Shown: positions 47,341-60,524 of the stretch, piece by piece
Layout of the letters: each line of letters starts with the position of its first letter
Numbering within the stretch: the first letter of the stretch is position 1
Source: Camelus dromedarius
Lineage: Eukaryota
NCBI RefSeq assembly: GCF_036321535.1
Contig: NC_087437.1
Location: forward strand, 53,570,001-53,634,000
DNA length: 64,000 nucleotides
Direction: 5' to 3'
The notes under the pieces: model-generated
Told to the model about the DNA's origin: nothing
The model's input: only the letters and a program-made list of their open reading frames with translations
Database searches by the model: none
Program-made: the position numbers and the translations under genes

Positions 47341-49309
47341 GCCAACGTCTCCCTGACCGCCAGTCTGAGCTCCCACAGCACTCTGTGCAGACCCCATCCC
47401 AGCAGCCCTCTCCCAGTTTCTATGTCTGTCTTCTCTATGAGGGTATGACCTTCCAGAGTGCAGGAAGCATGCTAGTCCTCACTGCAGCTCAGGCACCTAC
47501 CACGCTGCTAGGTCCAGACAGGGTCCTAAACAAGGACTCTGCACACCCTGAGTGAACAAATCATGAATGAGGCGCCGGCACTAGAAGCACACTCCACCCA
47601 GGAGATAATACATGCCTGGCCTGAATGAAAAGCCAGTTCACCGCCAGTCCAGGAGAAGGTAACTGGCTCGTCCTACCTGCCTCTCCCATGGTATCAACTA
47701 AAAGCTTCATAGAAAGGTCTTTCCCACAAAAGAAAAAGAGCCAGTCAGTTAGTTACCACGAGGCACACAGGGTAGGTGATTCTGTTACTGGTTCTTTCCA
47801 CATGTTCAGTCAAAAGATGCCATCCCTCCCTGGATGGCCTGATGTAGGCCTTTCACAGCTGTGACACGTAAGGCTCATCTCCCCCAGCCTCCCCAGGTCT
47901 CACTGGTGACGTGTGTGCTCTTGAGACCCGGGCCCCTGGAAGCAGGGGCTAGTTGCCTGATGTTCTCGTCCCCTGCTGGGCAGCGGTGTGAGCTGCCATG
48001 GTGCCTTCTGTGATGATCCTTATTCATCTTGCTTCCTTCCCTCCCATAACTCCACTGCTCAGGGTGGGGAGGGGGCAGGATGAGCTCGTGGGCGGTAGTG
48101 ACTTCCACTGGGCACAGAGCTTGGCCCCTGCTCACCTTCCCACACTAGAAGCCAGCATGGCTTCCGTTCCCCAGCCACCTCTCCTCCCTTCTAAGGACAG
48201 AGGGTGATCTGCCTAGAATCTTTGGGGACATCAGTGCATCCCGCCCTTTGAGAAGCCTTTTGGGTACCACTCTACCATCTGCCTCATCTCCACCTGAACT
48301 CCCAAATGGCCCAATCAATTCTGAGGACAGGAATCCAGGTTCCTCAAACTGCACCCTTGAGATTCTGCTGTGGCATCTGAGAACAGTTTCAGTATTCAAC
48401 CATAAATATCTGTTCAAATTGTAAGCACAGTATGTGACTATGATCTAAAACATCCACAACAAATATCTGAGGCCTACTTTTCTGGGAACACAGAAACAAA
48501 TTAGACATGGTCTCTGCCCTCAAAGCACTCAGTCTGCTATCAGTTGGGTCCCACTGCTTACGGGTCAGCACTTGTGAGGCAAACCCTTTACTAACTGCTC
48601 CAGCACCACCCATCTCCTCATCTTCGGGGGATGGTGGAGGATGGGCTCCTATGACGGGATGGCTCTTCCACCTGCCCCGTACCCCTCCCCATGATGCCTG
48701 GAGCTACCCATGGGCTGGTACTTTGACCCCCACAGTACCGAGCCTGGGGTGGGGGCTTCCTTTTCAGGCACTTGATAAACACCTGCATGAGGAGTCAAAA
48801 GTATCAAGTTCATAAAGGAATTGATTCCAGGGTCAAACTTCCTGTCAGGTCCCTGTGGTCACGGTTTGGCTGGCTCTTGGGCCAGGTACATTCTCTATCA
48901 GTTTCACGAATGGCCAGTCTGACTTAGTTATTAAATTGCCATAAATAACCCAAGGAACTTGAGATTTTAAGAAAAAAAAAATTGTCTTACAAGGCCTGTT
49001 TTATTTTGGAGGCAGTTATGAGGTCACTGGGACTTCCGTCATTCCAAACAAAGAAGTCATTTACTGTTCTGTCCGATGGAGCCAAGAGATGCTGGAGTAG
49101 CAAAGGGAATGCCAGGGAAACTGGGCGTGAAGCTCAACAGGGCCACAGACTCGCAGGAGTCATCCCATGGGATCGTGGAGTGGGTTTTTTTGTCTGCTTT
49201 TCAGTTAGGTAACTCAAGAGTTGTTTTTTTTTTAAATAATTATTTTAAAATGTTTTAGAAAATAAAAAGGCTTTGTTAAATAACAAGGCCTCAGTTGCAG
49301 GTCGGGGGA

Positions 49310-49515
49310 GCAGCATGCTAGAAAGGGCGAGACTTGGGGAGTGAGATTTGGATCTTGGTTCTGTCCCTTTCTAGCTGTGTGGCCTTTGGAAAATCACTCG
49401 GTTGCTCTCAGCTTCAGCCTTCTCATGTGTAAAATAACCCACAGAGTTATTCAGAAGACTTAAAATAGGGAGAATCTAGCGCAGACTCGGCGCTCAGAAG
49501 TGATGCTTATAATCG
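49310..49515 (+). mobile_element. MIR SINE
   Basis: ctagctgtgtggcctttggaaaatcact...ctctcagcttcagccttctcatgtgtaaaat. Confidence 0.7.
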
Positions 49516-49738
49516 TGGTGAGGCATGTAGACGTGGACATGCGTCCTTGTCAGCGGTGGGCGCTGTGACCTGAGCCGCTCTGCGTGCTCCTTGTCGTGCG
49601 CGTATTCTCACGGTGTTAGGCTGTGATTACCTTTTTCCCCTGAACGTCAACCCTAATGATAGAAGCTTAGTATGGCTTCATCTCAGGGAAACAGCATATA
49701 AGCTCACAGATTGGCATGTCCAGTCTACCCAGCACATT

Positions 49739-50015
49739 AAAAAAAAAAATTTTATTGAAGTGTGGTTGATTTACAATGTTAGTTTTGGGTGTACAGCAAA
49801 GTGATTCAGTTATATATATATATATTTTTTTCATTCAGATTCTTTTCCTTTATATGTTATTACAAGAAATTGAATATAGTTTCCTATATTATACAGTACG
49901 TCCTTGTTGTTTATCTATTTTATATGTAGTAATGTGTTTCTGTTAGTCCCAAACTCCTAATTTACCTCTCCCCCGCACTTCCCCTTTGGTAACCATAGTT
50001 TGTTTGCTGTGTCCA
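49739..50015 (-). mobile_element. 5'-truncated cetartiodactyl-type L1 3' end with 13-bp TSD
   Basis: Same family as 23364-23581 (tttattgaagtgtggttgatttacaatgtt...gtgattcagttata...cccctttggtaaccat); TSD tacccagcacatt (49726-49738) / tactcagcacatt (50016-50028). Confidence 0.9.
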
Positions 50016-50499
50016 TACTCAGCACATTTTTGTAAAGGGAGAGATTGGGAAAGACAGAAAAAGTAATGGAAATAGTCCCCACGGTCCTGACAGCCACTCA
50101 GTCAGCTTACTTTGAGGCTTGCACAAGTGCAGACGGGGAGACAGGAGCCAGAGATTTCCTCAGTCCCTGTAGGGTGAAAGCATTTTGTGCTGGATGTGAT
50201 CCCAGTGTTGAAATACTCTCTTTTTTGGGCTACATAGTAATAAACTCAAGATAATTATTTCTTCTGGTACCCAGAAGAAGTCGTAATCCCCTCCAGGGCT
50301 GGAGGATCACCCAGCACGTTGGATTCACTGAGCAGACTTTTATATGAATGTTTCAGGGTTGTATAAACACTCCCCATTCATTGACCACATAGAGTGCTTG
50401 GCATCGTCAGCACTGTCTAAAGTCTTTTATCACATCTGCAGTTCCAGGTGAGTCCCTTCTCCTTTCCAGGCCCCAAGTTACCAACCTGAGACAGGAAGA

Positions 50500-50700
50500 A
50501 AGGAAACCAGATTTAAAATCAGAAGACTTGGCCCCAGTCCTGGTCTACCAGTACTGATTAGATAGCCGTCAGCAGGTCATTTCACTTCTCTGGGCCACAG
50601 TTTTGTCTTTTACAAAACAGAGGGCAGTGATATCCTGTTCATGACATGAGAGAACGCATGTGAATGTGCTTGATAATCTGTAAAGAACTGTATAGGCCAG
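50500..50700 (+). mobile_element. MIR SINE
   Basis: aaatcagaagacttgg...gcaggtcatttcacttctctgggccacagttttgtctttacaaaa. Confidence 0.65.
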
Positions 50701-52054
50701 GATCAAGTAGTATAATTTGCACAGGAAGGAGGTCGGCCAGTCCTGTCTGCCTCCTCTGATTTTGTCTGCCTTCCTGTTGTACTGTTTTTTTAACTCTTCC
50801 ATGTCTCATGTCTCTGAAAACAGGTTTCCCCAAGAACACACCACCTCCTTCTTGCATGTCCCCCAACACAGCCCAGGCAGAGTGCTGCACACAGACCCCC
50901 CCACCCCGAACCGCCAAACCACCACGCAAGCTGGGTGTAACCTGTGTAGCGGGAAGTAAGCTTCAGGATATCAGAGTTCAGTGGTGCAGCGGGCCTTGCA
51001 AAAAAATATACTGACAGTGCAACATGGGACGTGCATGTAATGGGGGAACTGAGTAAGTCTAAGGGTACCCAGGGCCGGGGGAGGGTGCACCTTAGGAGAA
51101 GCAAAGAAGGGTAGCAGTGGGGAAGATGTATGAATGGCCAACAGGAAGAACTCTTGGAGGTATTTGCAAAACAGAAGGGCATAAAGATATAAACGAGCAT
51201 GGAATGCTAGAGCATTTAATTCAAAGTAAACAGCAGCATAGGTTGTACAATGGCCCACCTAACAATATGAGTCTTATCGTGAGAGGTCCTTCCTGCAGAT
51301 GGAACATCACTGCCTTCCTGACGTGGTCACTTCCGGTTCTCCCAGCTCACCCCAGGATGTGTGCAGTGAGCTCTTAGGAACAGAAGTTCCACCTGTGGCA
51401 ACTTATAACCCTCAGCTGTTTGCACAGAGAGGCTTGTGAAAACAGGAGCCCCGTCTCATAACATCCTGCTCCTATTTTTACCCAGGAAATACCTCCTTAC
51501 CATCGACACTCAACCTTCCTCCTCTGAAAACCAACAGGCATGAAAAGCACAAAGTTACACCATCGTGTGGGTGGCAGGGCGGGCTCCTCCACGTCCTAAC
51601 GTGCCTCCTCCCAATTCCAAAGTGAGATCCAGGTTATTTCTAGTTAAGCGAAGCTGCAAACTTTCACTTGATTGAAAAGCAGTGTTCTACCTTCATGGTC
51701 CAGGACAAGCAAATAGACAAAGCTTCTTGGGTTAAGATCTGAGGCAGAGATTTCGGCAGCTCAACTCATCCTTCAGATTGGTATTCAAATATTTAAAGAA
51801 GATTCTCAAAAGGTCATCTGTCATTTAAGAGTGAAAAGATAAAAGATCAGGAAGTGGGTGTTTCTGAGAGGGACGGTTGAGCAATGGGAGTGAATAGGCA
51901 GAGATGGCATCCGTGGGCCTGTGTTCACATCTGTGTATATAGATGGTGAAGCCACACCTCACCTGACAGTGCCAGGTGTCAGAATCAGTGCCAGGGCTCA
52001 AAAATCCCCCTCTTGGGAAACTATTGATTAAAAGCAGTTTAAGAATTTTAAAAG

Positions 52055-52345
52055 TCATATTAAACTATGCAATGTAGCAACTTCATTTTGATCCTGATTT
52101 GAATAAATACACTGTTTTTTAAAATTATGTATATGTGCATATACATATATGTGTGCATATACATACACACATACATATGATAATCGGGGAAATTTGAATA
52201 CTGATTCCATATCTGATGATACAACGGAGTTGTTCATTACTTAAATGTGACAATAGTATATTATGGTTAAGTTGTTTGTATTTTTAGAGTCCCTATCTTT
52301 TAAAAATACATACTGAAAATTTACAGATAAAATTAAAAAATAAAT
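52055..52345 (+). mobile_element. Old L1 (L1MC4-like) 3' UTR fragment with CA/TA microsatellite
   Basis: ttgatcctgatttgaataaa...ataatcggggaaatttgaatactga...tgtgacaatagtat...aatacatactgaaa. Confidence 0.7.
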
Positions 52346-52589
52346 TTGAACTAATAAATCTGAATTAGAAGTCAGTTAAAGTAAGTCTTATGTTGTAAGG
52401 ACATTCACGTGCAGGCTGATGGTGAGGGTCAAGCCTGAATACCCACAACCTTCACGTCTGGACACGGCACTTCCCTGATGCTCAGCCTCCACCTCCCACA
52501 GCAGCACAAAAGTGCCGAGCTCCGTTCTGAACTGCACGGAACCTGTGGGCCAGGGCGGACCTTCCTGTTCCTTCCACACCCCCGACTGC

Positions 52590-52950
52590 ACATGCGTCTG
52601 TCACGGCTTTGGACTCAGGAAGATGTGATGCTGGGCATAGTACTGAATCTCTCTTTGCCTAATTTCTTCACCTAAAATAGGGACGACAGTGGTAGATCCC
52701 TGTAAGTTTGCTGGGAGATTAAATGGGTCAGTACTTGAAAAGTACTCAGAACAGAGCCTGGCATGTAATTGATACTCAGTAAAATGTTGTAAAGGTAGGT
52801 TTGAATCTAACTTCCAACACGTCCTAGATGCCTTCTTCGGGCAAATTAACGTCTCTGGCCTCGAGCTTCCTCATGTGTGAGATGGGATTATAGCACCTGA
52901 AGAGCATTTAGCACAGAGTTCTGTGTATAAAAGACCCTCCACAAATGTAA
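52590..52950 (+). mobile_element. Two tandem MIR fragments
   Basis: taatttcttcacctaaaatagggac...gagattaaatgg...agaacagagcctggcatgt, then ggtttgaatct...gggcaaattaac...cttcctcatgtgtgagatggga. Confidence 0.7.
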
Positions 52951-54384
52951 TGGAAAGAAAAACCTTGCTTTTTAGTTTCATTTTCTGCTCTACAAAAGGG
53001 AGAGCTTTGTCCCCTTACGTTGGTCACAGCAGCTCTGTTGTAATGAGCTCAGATTTTGACCAGATGTGTGGTTAAAGTGTATTTCTCTTGTCCACATTGT
53101 AGGCTTGGGTCCATCCTGAAACAAATAGCAGGCAAATCAGCATTTTCATGTCCCTGAAGCTTTCAACAGGTTTTAATGACATCTTGTTTTTGAGGTTAGC
53201 TAGAGCATAATTTCACAGAGAAGGGATGATGCATCATATACCTGTTGATTTTGTGGCTTTCTCGTACAATTGACATCCAAGGAAGCTGTCAGGTTTATGG
53301 AAGGTATCAAATGTGTCTTTACACTCAGAAATACAAATCAAGTTTGTCTAAATAATAAGGTAAAAAAGATATTCTTCAGGAAATGCAAAAAAAGGCCAGA
53401 GAGGTACTTGCGTGCAGCAACTCCCATCCCCCGTCCTCTTGTCTGTCCCGACGACTCCTCTTCATGATTTAGTTGAGAGGCCTCCCTAGGCAGGTTCCTC
53501 GAACCATCCAGACTGGGTGGCTGGCCTCTCTGCCTGGTGCACACTCTGCAGCTGTGTCTCCTTACCTGTCTCCCTCCCTCTGGAGGCAGACACCTCCACA
53601 GTCACCCTGTGCTCTTCTTGCCTAGCACGGGGCCCGACTGGCTCCATACGTGTATATTGGCTGAATGGATACACTTGCAAAAGTCTGCCTGTGATGTGAG
53701 ACGGTATGTGTATCATAGTGACAGGTGCAGCTGCAGAGTGAGGCAGGTGGGCTGGGGGGAAACAAATGCAATGTTATTTACGTTTAGAAGATGCAAAGGA
53801 CTTTCCTTTGCCTATGCTTCCTTGTACGCTGTGAGGCACCGGTGTTCCCTCATCCCGGCTGTTTCTCCCCGCTGAGTGGCTTCTGTCTCTCAACATCTCA
53901 CTGACTCCCATCTGTTCCATCTACCCTCGCCAGGGAACTGGGGTGAGGATAATTCTGTGGTGTGTTCACATCAGATTTGTAGCCATCCAGTTTTCTGAGT
54001 AAAAACTGAACTCCAGGCATATCGGCAGAAAGGAGGAATGTTTCCACCTTTAATCCTCACGCCCTGTGGGTTCAGCTTTCCTTGGATGGTGGTAATTGGT
54101 GGCATGGGCTGCCAGGCAGGTGGCGGAGTAATCCTGGAATGAAAGGAACCTTAGTATTCAAACCTTAGCTTCGGGGCTTTGGCTTGGTCACTGCTCATTC
54201 GGGAAGTCCAAACTAACCTAGTAATAGTATTCTTTACTGAGCATCTGTTGTTATGTTGGACAATATACTGAGAGCGTCACAAATCCTGGCTCAAGTACTC
54301 ACATTTTTAGGACCAGTGTGAGCCCCCTACATCTTCTGAGAAGCCTGGTCAGACCCAGAAGCCAGCAGCATAACAGACACGGTG

Positions 54385-54550
54385 AGAGAGGAGAACTGCA
54401 CAGGGAGCCCCGAGATCTGAGCTCCACTTTGGCTGTGTCACAAACCAGTGATGTAACCTTCTCTGGGGCAGTGGGCCTCAGTTTGTTGATCTGTGAAAAT
54501 GGGATGAGGAGCGTTTGATCAGATGCTTTTAAAATTTCCTTCTGTTTCAT
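54385..54550 (+). mobile_element. MIR (MIR3/MIRc-like) SINE
   Basis: gggagccccgagatctgagctcc...gggcctcagtttgttgatctgtgaaaatgggatgagg. Confidence 0.7.
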
Positions 54551-54869
54551 GCCAGCAGTGTGTCCAGCCCACCCTGATCTTTTCTTTGCATGAATGCCTT
54601 TGGGGTTGTGGGTCGGAATTAGATAATTAGGTAGTCTGTGGGAAACTTACCTCCTAGGGGTACACTGAAATCTTATCTTGTTCTCATAAATGCTTCCCAA
54701 CCCTGGGTCTACCATGTTGCTGAGATACGAGGCTGTTCCCCCTGTGTGAGGTCCTAAAACATCTTGGGTGTGTGTGTGTATTCTGGGACAGTTGTTTCCA
54801 GGCCTGGATCTTAAGTCTCTTTCTCACATTAAAACCTGAAATTAGTTGTCAGGGCCGCTTTTAAATAAC

Positions 54870-55800
54870 TTGGACTTTAAATGTGATGAAGTTCTCATTC
54901 ATTATTTTCCCTTTTATTATTAGTACCTTTTGTGTCTTGTCTAAGAAACCTTTACCTACCCCAAGATCATAAAGATATTGTCCTATGTTTTCTTCTGGAA
55001 ACTTTATAGTTCGAACTTTCACATATAGGCCTGGGATCCACTTTAAACTAACTATATGGATAGAGTGAAGCACAGTTCAAGGTTCATTTTTGTTTTCTTT
55101 GCCCCGTATGGAAGTCCAGACATTCCAGAACAATTTATTAAGAAGACTGCTTTCTTCACTGAATTTCTCTGGTACCACTGTAAAAAGTGAAGTTACTGTT
55201 ATTTCTGGATTCTGTTCTTTTTCATTGCTCTATTTGTCTGTCTTTACACCGTTGCTGTGATTTTGAAATAAGTTTGGTAATGTAAGTCCTTTAACTTTGT
55301 TCTTGTCTTTTCAGATTGCTTTTGCTCTTCTAGGTCCTTTATATTTTCTTACAAATTTTGCAGTGAGCTTGTTAATTTCTACAAAATGCCTGTTGGGATT
55401 TTGATTGAGAGTGAACTAAAGCTATAGATCAATGTAATAGGTAGGTTACTCCAGAGAAACAGAACTAAGAGGGTGTGTGTGTTAATCTAATTCAGAACAC
55501 CCTTACAGACATACCCAGAATCATGTTTGACCAAATACCTGGGCAACCTGTGGCCCAGTCAAGTTGATGGGTAAGATTTACCATCACAGTCAGTTCAGGG
55601 GAAAATTGACATTTTAATAAAACTGAACCTTCCAATTCATAAGCATGGTCTGTATTCCCATTTATTTGGGTCTTCCTTAATTACTTTCAGTAAGGTTTTG
55701 TAGTTTTCCATAAGAAGTCTTGCCTATCTTTAATTAAACTTGCTTCTTGGCATTTGATGTTATTATACATTGTATAAAAGATTTTCCAATCATTTGTGAA
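54870..55800 (-). mobile_element. Old L1 ORF2 3' fragment, interrupted by an MLT2 LTR
   Basis: Minus-strand translation KWIPGLYVKVRTIKFPEENIGQYLYDLGVGKGFL is L1 ORF2p-like; gttgggattttgattg and ttccaattcataagcatgg are antisense ORF2 motifs. Confidence 0.85.
55433..55588 (-). mobile_element. Internally deleted MLT2-like (ERVL) solo LTR
   Basis: TG...CA termini; ctccagagaaacagaac end joined through (TG)n to acacccttacagacatacccagaa...ggcccagtcaagttga...accatcaca. Confidence 0.85.
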
Positions 55801-55919
55801 CTTGTACTTTTAAAGTATACAGAGTTTTTTTGAGGAACATAATCCCTGGTCCTTCAGACAGCAGGGATGTTTAGGAACTACAGTTCTGGGCAGAACCATG
55901 AATCATGACTGAAACACCC

Positions 55920-56105
55920 TTTCATCTGTGTGCTACTTTACCATTGCCAAAGCCTTTTCCTTCCTCACAAAGGCTCTCAGAAGGAGACAGGGGAGCTATT
56001 ATTTTTCCTATTTTCACATTAAGAGAATGTGGCCTCGAGAATATCATCTAAAAGTCCTGTGACGGACAGGAGGCAGTGCCAACCCCGGAACCCAGGACTT
56101 TTCCT
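55920..56105 (-). mobile_element. MIR SINE fragment
   Basis: cctcacaaaggctct...tattatttttcctattttcaca...ggcagtgccaaccccggaacccaggact. Confidence 0.55.
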
Positions 56106-56325
56106 AAGAGAGAGGTCCTGCTCCTGACGCTAAAGTCATTCTACATAAAGGTGGCCTTTTACGGCTCTTAACGGAGAACACGCTGCAAAGGCATCTGGCT
56201 TTGTGGAGAATCTTCTGCCCGTGGCCTCCGTGGACGGCGCAGAAGGAAGAATTCAGCGGAGGGAGAATTGAGCAGTGGACAGAGGTAGCTGCACATAAGC
56301 CACGGGAGTGAGGGCGGGGGGAGGA

Positions 56326-56437
56326 CAGGGCACCATCAGCCCATAGGGCGCTTTTTCGTGTATCAGGGAAGATGCCGTTCCACCAGGGCCAGGCGCCTGT
56401 GCCGTGAACAACTTGCACAATCGTGTGTGGCATCCCA
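56326..56437 (-). mobile_element. MER91-like hAT-Tip100 DNA transposon
   Basis: cagggcaccatcagcccatagggcgct...ccaggcgcctgtgccgtgaacaacttgcacaatcgt matches both reverse-complemented ends of the recalled MER91 consensus. Confidence 0.7.
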
Positions 56438-56811
56438 GAGGGAAAACAGCCAACATGGAAGCCTTGATTATTCAGGAATTAATTAAGGATGAGGGACATA
56501 AATTAGTATTTTTGTCTCTTGAGAAATTTGCCAACTTTCAAGATGATTCAAAGCTAAAAGGGAAGGAACTGTCTCCCTTTTCTTTCCCTTTTAGCACCTC
56601 TCCAGTTTCTATCCTTCTCTTTCCTCCTCCTCTTCCTTTCACCACTGAGCACTAGCTGGGCACCAGGCATGGGAGTGCAGACATCCATGGGGTGGCATCT
56701 CTTCCTGGGAACTTGTCTTACAAACTTTTTTTGATTGTCACCAACAATTGGCAATGTATTTTAAGGTTATATAATGTATTTTAATGTTACTTTTTAAAAA
56801 GTTTTTTATTT

Positions 56812-57030
56812 TTTAAAAATACATACTGAAATGTTTATGAATGAATGCCATGATATTTGGGTTTTGTTTCAAAATAATCTCAGAGGTACAGGAGTGGGTA
56901 GAAATATAAACAAAATAAGATTGGCCAGAATTGATAATTATTGAATCTGGGTCATGGGTCCATGGGAGTTAATTATCTGTCATCCATCTGAATCCATCTA
57001 ATTCTCTATTTCAGAGTAAAGTTTCATGAA
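56812..57030 (+). mobile_element. Old L1 (L1MC-like) 3' UTR fragment
   Basis: aatacatactgaaatgtttatgaatgaa...tttcaaaataatct...aaaataagattggccag...gggtcatgggtccatgggagtt. Confidence 0.7.
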
Positions 57031-58019
57031 ACACTGTTATTTATGGTATTTTCAAATCTAATTTATTCTATTTTTAAAAAGCTGGTAGTGATGCTTTAAA
57101 TTAATTTTGAGACCCACTAATGTAAAATAGTATATATTTTGAAAAACACTAATACAGTGAGGGAGAGAGGGACCTATCAAATAAGTGATTGCCACCCACC
57201 CAACTGTGCTCCCAGAGTGTACGCAGAGGGACACAGAGGAGGAGGAGGGAAGGGGGCTGGCCCAGCAGGGTCCCGGAGCATCTGGGAGAACCTCACGGAA
57301 GTCCCCAAGCAGTTTCCATGGAAGAGGAGGTATTTACACGTTTGACACGATGGTAAGGAGAAATATTTGAGCTCAAGGGTGAGGGCAGTGGTGCAAGCGG
57401 GAAATGGTGAGGTGGGGTGGGTGAGCCTTCATTAGGTCAGTGCGTATGGAATGTGGGGGCTGTGGAGGAGTGGCCGGGGATGAGATGACAGATAGCAGCA
57501 AAATCCACAAAAGGTTTACGGGACAGTTTAAGGAATTTGGAATTTATTCTGTGTGTTTCGGGAAGGTGTTGGATGGTAAACTGAGCAATGACCCTAGTCC
57601 ATTTGCCTTTTATGAAGGTCACTCTCAGCTGGGTGTAGGGAGACCAGCTTATCCTATGCAGTCATGATTTAGAACAGAAAACACAGGCCCAAAGGAGACC
57701 CGGTCCTGGAAGTCAGATCTCCCAACTCATCTTGTGCAATTATCCTCCTACTCTGCCACATGGCTTCTCAGAAGATCCTCACAGATACACAGATTGGGCT
57801 CTTTCACGTATTTACTGAAGCAAAAATTATAGTCACTTTCAGGCGTAGTAAGAGGTGGGAATAAAGCCAGCTCACTGTCTGTCCTGGCCATCAGTCTGGA
57901 ATTGTTGGTGCTGGGCAGTGAGCGCATGATGGCTCATTATACTACCTTCTGGGTTTTCCATATGCACTTTCAATGGAAAAGCTTTAAGAAATCTTCATAA
58001 ATAGTGATTTTTAATTGTT

Positions 58020-58375
58020 TAATCATATCCTGTCCATAAAATTGGACTGTTCCGCATTGTCGTGAATTGAGGTTGTTTCAGGGTGGGTGTGGGCGGAGAC
58101 TGAACCATAGTCTTTGACAGCTGCTCTGGTTATTTCCTTTTTGGAGATGTAACTACTGAGTTCAAAGAGAACAGACATTTTTAATGCTTTGATACATTTT
58201 GCCAAATTGCCCTTCAAAAAAGATGTTCTGTGTTATTTTTGCTAAAGAGGTGTATGAGAGGGCCCTTGTTGCTCTATGTTACCTATTTTTAGCTTCTATT
58301 AATTTGGTAGAGGGGAGCGCTGGCATCTTGTTATCTTAATGTGTATGTCTTTGATTTCCAGTGACAATGAATCCC
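58020..58375 (-). mobile_element. Old L1 (L1ME-like) fragment
   Basis: ttgaggttgtttc...actgagttcaaag...ttgatacattttgccaaattgcccttcaaaaa...gtgtatgagagggccc. Confidence 0.65.
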
Positions 58376-58494
58376 CAGCCTGCCACTGAATTGGCCGCCA
58401 CCCTTTTAGGGAGAAAGCAGGGGAGAAGAGTAGAAGAGATTTATTGCCCCCTCCCTGTTCCTTGCTTTGATGATGAGAAGCAAACGCACACTCA

Positions 58495-58630
58495 GAGAGC
58501 CCTGGGTTCAAATCCTGTCTCTGCAACTTACTAGCTACTGACTGTGCAGCCTTCACCTCTCTGAGCCTCAGACTTTTCTCACTGAAGAGGTAGAGTGGTC
58601 ATACTGGCCTCCGTGAGGGTGAGGTGACAG
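58495..58630 (+). mobile_element. MIR SINE fragment
   Basis: cctgggttcaaatcctgtctctgcaacttactagct...cttcacctctctgagcctcag. Confidence 0.8.
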
Positions 58631-60524
58631 AGATTTATAGGGAAAGAGCCTGCTGTGCCGTGGTCAATTGGAAGACGGGTGGCTCCTGTTTTCTTTGGGA
58701 AGCTGAGGCTCAGGCTGTAAAAGGACCTCGTGGTGCACAGAGGCAGCGGGAACTCGGAGCTGGTTCTCCCGTCCTGCAGGGACGGCCCCTCCAAGAACTG
58801 CTGCTCGTGTCTGGGTCACTGCCTCTGCACCTTTCGTTCTTTGCAGCCTCCCTGCTTGGCAGCCTTCATCACTGCTGGGCAGCGGAGGCAGCTATCTTAA
58901 GCCAGGAAACCTGTCCCGGGGCATTGGGTGATCTTGAGGGAAGGAATTCTGACTGCTTATGTATTTATCTGATTCCATGGGAATGCACCTTGCAGAGCCT
59001 GGCTCAGAATCAGGGTGAACTTCAGGCAGGTGTATTTGGCAGTGTCTCCCATTACTCTTGGAGCAGAATTCAGACTGGGAACGTGCTCTTTCCAGGGCAG
59101 CCCAGCCAAGCTGGGGTCTCTGCCTCAATTCATTGTCCCTCTCCTGACCTTCTTCCTGCCACCCTCACTCTATGCCCCGGCCCAGAGTCCCTAAATTGGA
59201 CGTGTTCTTGCTACACACCTATAGCAGGTTAAGAGTGGCTGAGACAGAAAAGGGGGTTGTGGCTTTAAATGACCTGTCTGCTCACAGCCCAAGAGAGAAC
59301 CCAAAGCATTTTTCTATTTACTGCTGTTGTTTGGGGGACTAGGGGGCTTCCCTTTAGATTGGACACCAAATGAGTAGGCCATCTGGACCCAGGCTCACAG
59401 GTGGGGCCAGAAAACCTTTCAACACTCTCAGCTCAGAGCGTGGATGCAGCTGACTGGGCAGAGAAGTATTTCTCCTGAAATCAAGGTTGGATGCCCAGGC
59501 CCCAGTGCTACCAGCCCGCCCTGGTTTTGCTCTGGGACCACCTCATTTCCTGTTTTTTTCCCCAGAGCACATTCCAGTTGCAAGAGATCTAAGGGTGTGG
59601 TGGGGAGGTTGAGTGAGTTTATTTTCTAAACGGGAGGAAAACTGAGAAAAAAGTCAGCAGGCTTTATGGTGAGAATTTGGGTCTCCTGACTCCCTTCTCA
59701 GGCATTGGGCCAGCCCTCCGCTCTGTGGCAGTGACCGTGGGACTTCGGTCGTCTGCAGAAGGCTCGCAGGGGTGTACACGCTGAGTGCACTGAACGATTT
59801 TGTGTTGTCATTTTGATGATCGTAGAGAAATGATTCTTGTACCAGTTATAAAGTCACCTCAATTCATAACTGAATGACCCTTTAGTAGAAGAAATTATGA
59901 GTATCCCAAGTAAAGGTTTGTCAGAAAACAAGTGTGTCTTTTCCATCTTTCAAGTGAAGGGGCCCTTGACGAAGTGCAAGCTTTATTTCCCACGGCCGTG
60001 TAGAGGTGGCGGAGTCGCACCCCTGCCCTGGAGCTTTAAGGCTCCTCTTCATCAGGTATTTCCCTTGTGCTTTCATCACAACCCTGGGAAGGAGGGTGAT
60101 TAAGCCCCCTTTATCCTGAGGAAACAAGCTCAGAGAGGATAAGTGGCTTCTAAGGCTGCATGGTGATTTGGCTGGATAGCTGGGGATCTCCCATCTATTT
60201 TATGGATTTAGGCTTTTCCATGAGTTCAGCCTTCCTGGTAATGCCCCCCAGTCTCTAACCCCTTTGAGAGCCCCCATTTCTGGTTCTCTTTGCTGTGGAG
60301 CAGTGTTTGAAATGGTGAACAATGAAAGCAGCAGGTTTCTTTTTTTCCTTTTTTTGTGATGGACATCAAGGTCCCATGTTTAACCAGAGAACTACTACTC
60401 ATGCACTCCCCAAAAGTTCATTTCCCTTTCTCAGAAACAAAGACTTCCTCTGCCCACAGCAGCTAAGCCAGGACCCAACCTCCCGTCCCTCCTTCCCTGT
60501 TTCTGCTAGGTTCAGGTTTACAAG

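Noticed and set aside
56211..56246. Hairpin cttctgc-ccgt...acgg-c-gcagaag as a small RNA precursor
   Set aside because: The stem is too short and interrupted for a pre-miRNA; expected by chance.
58624..59232. 202-aa ORF, the longest non-L1 ORF
   Set aside because: GTG start at the end of a MIR, no recognisable domain and no clear flanking splice sites; consistent with a chance ORF in GC-rich DNA.
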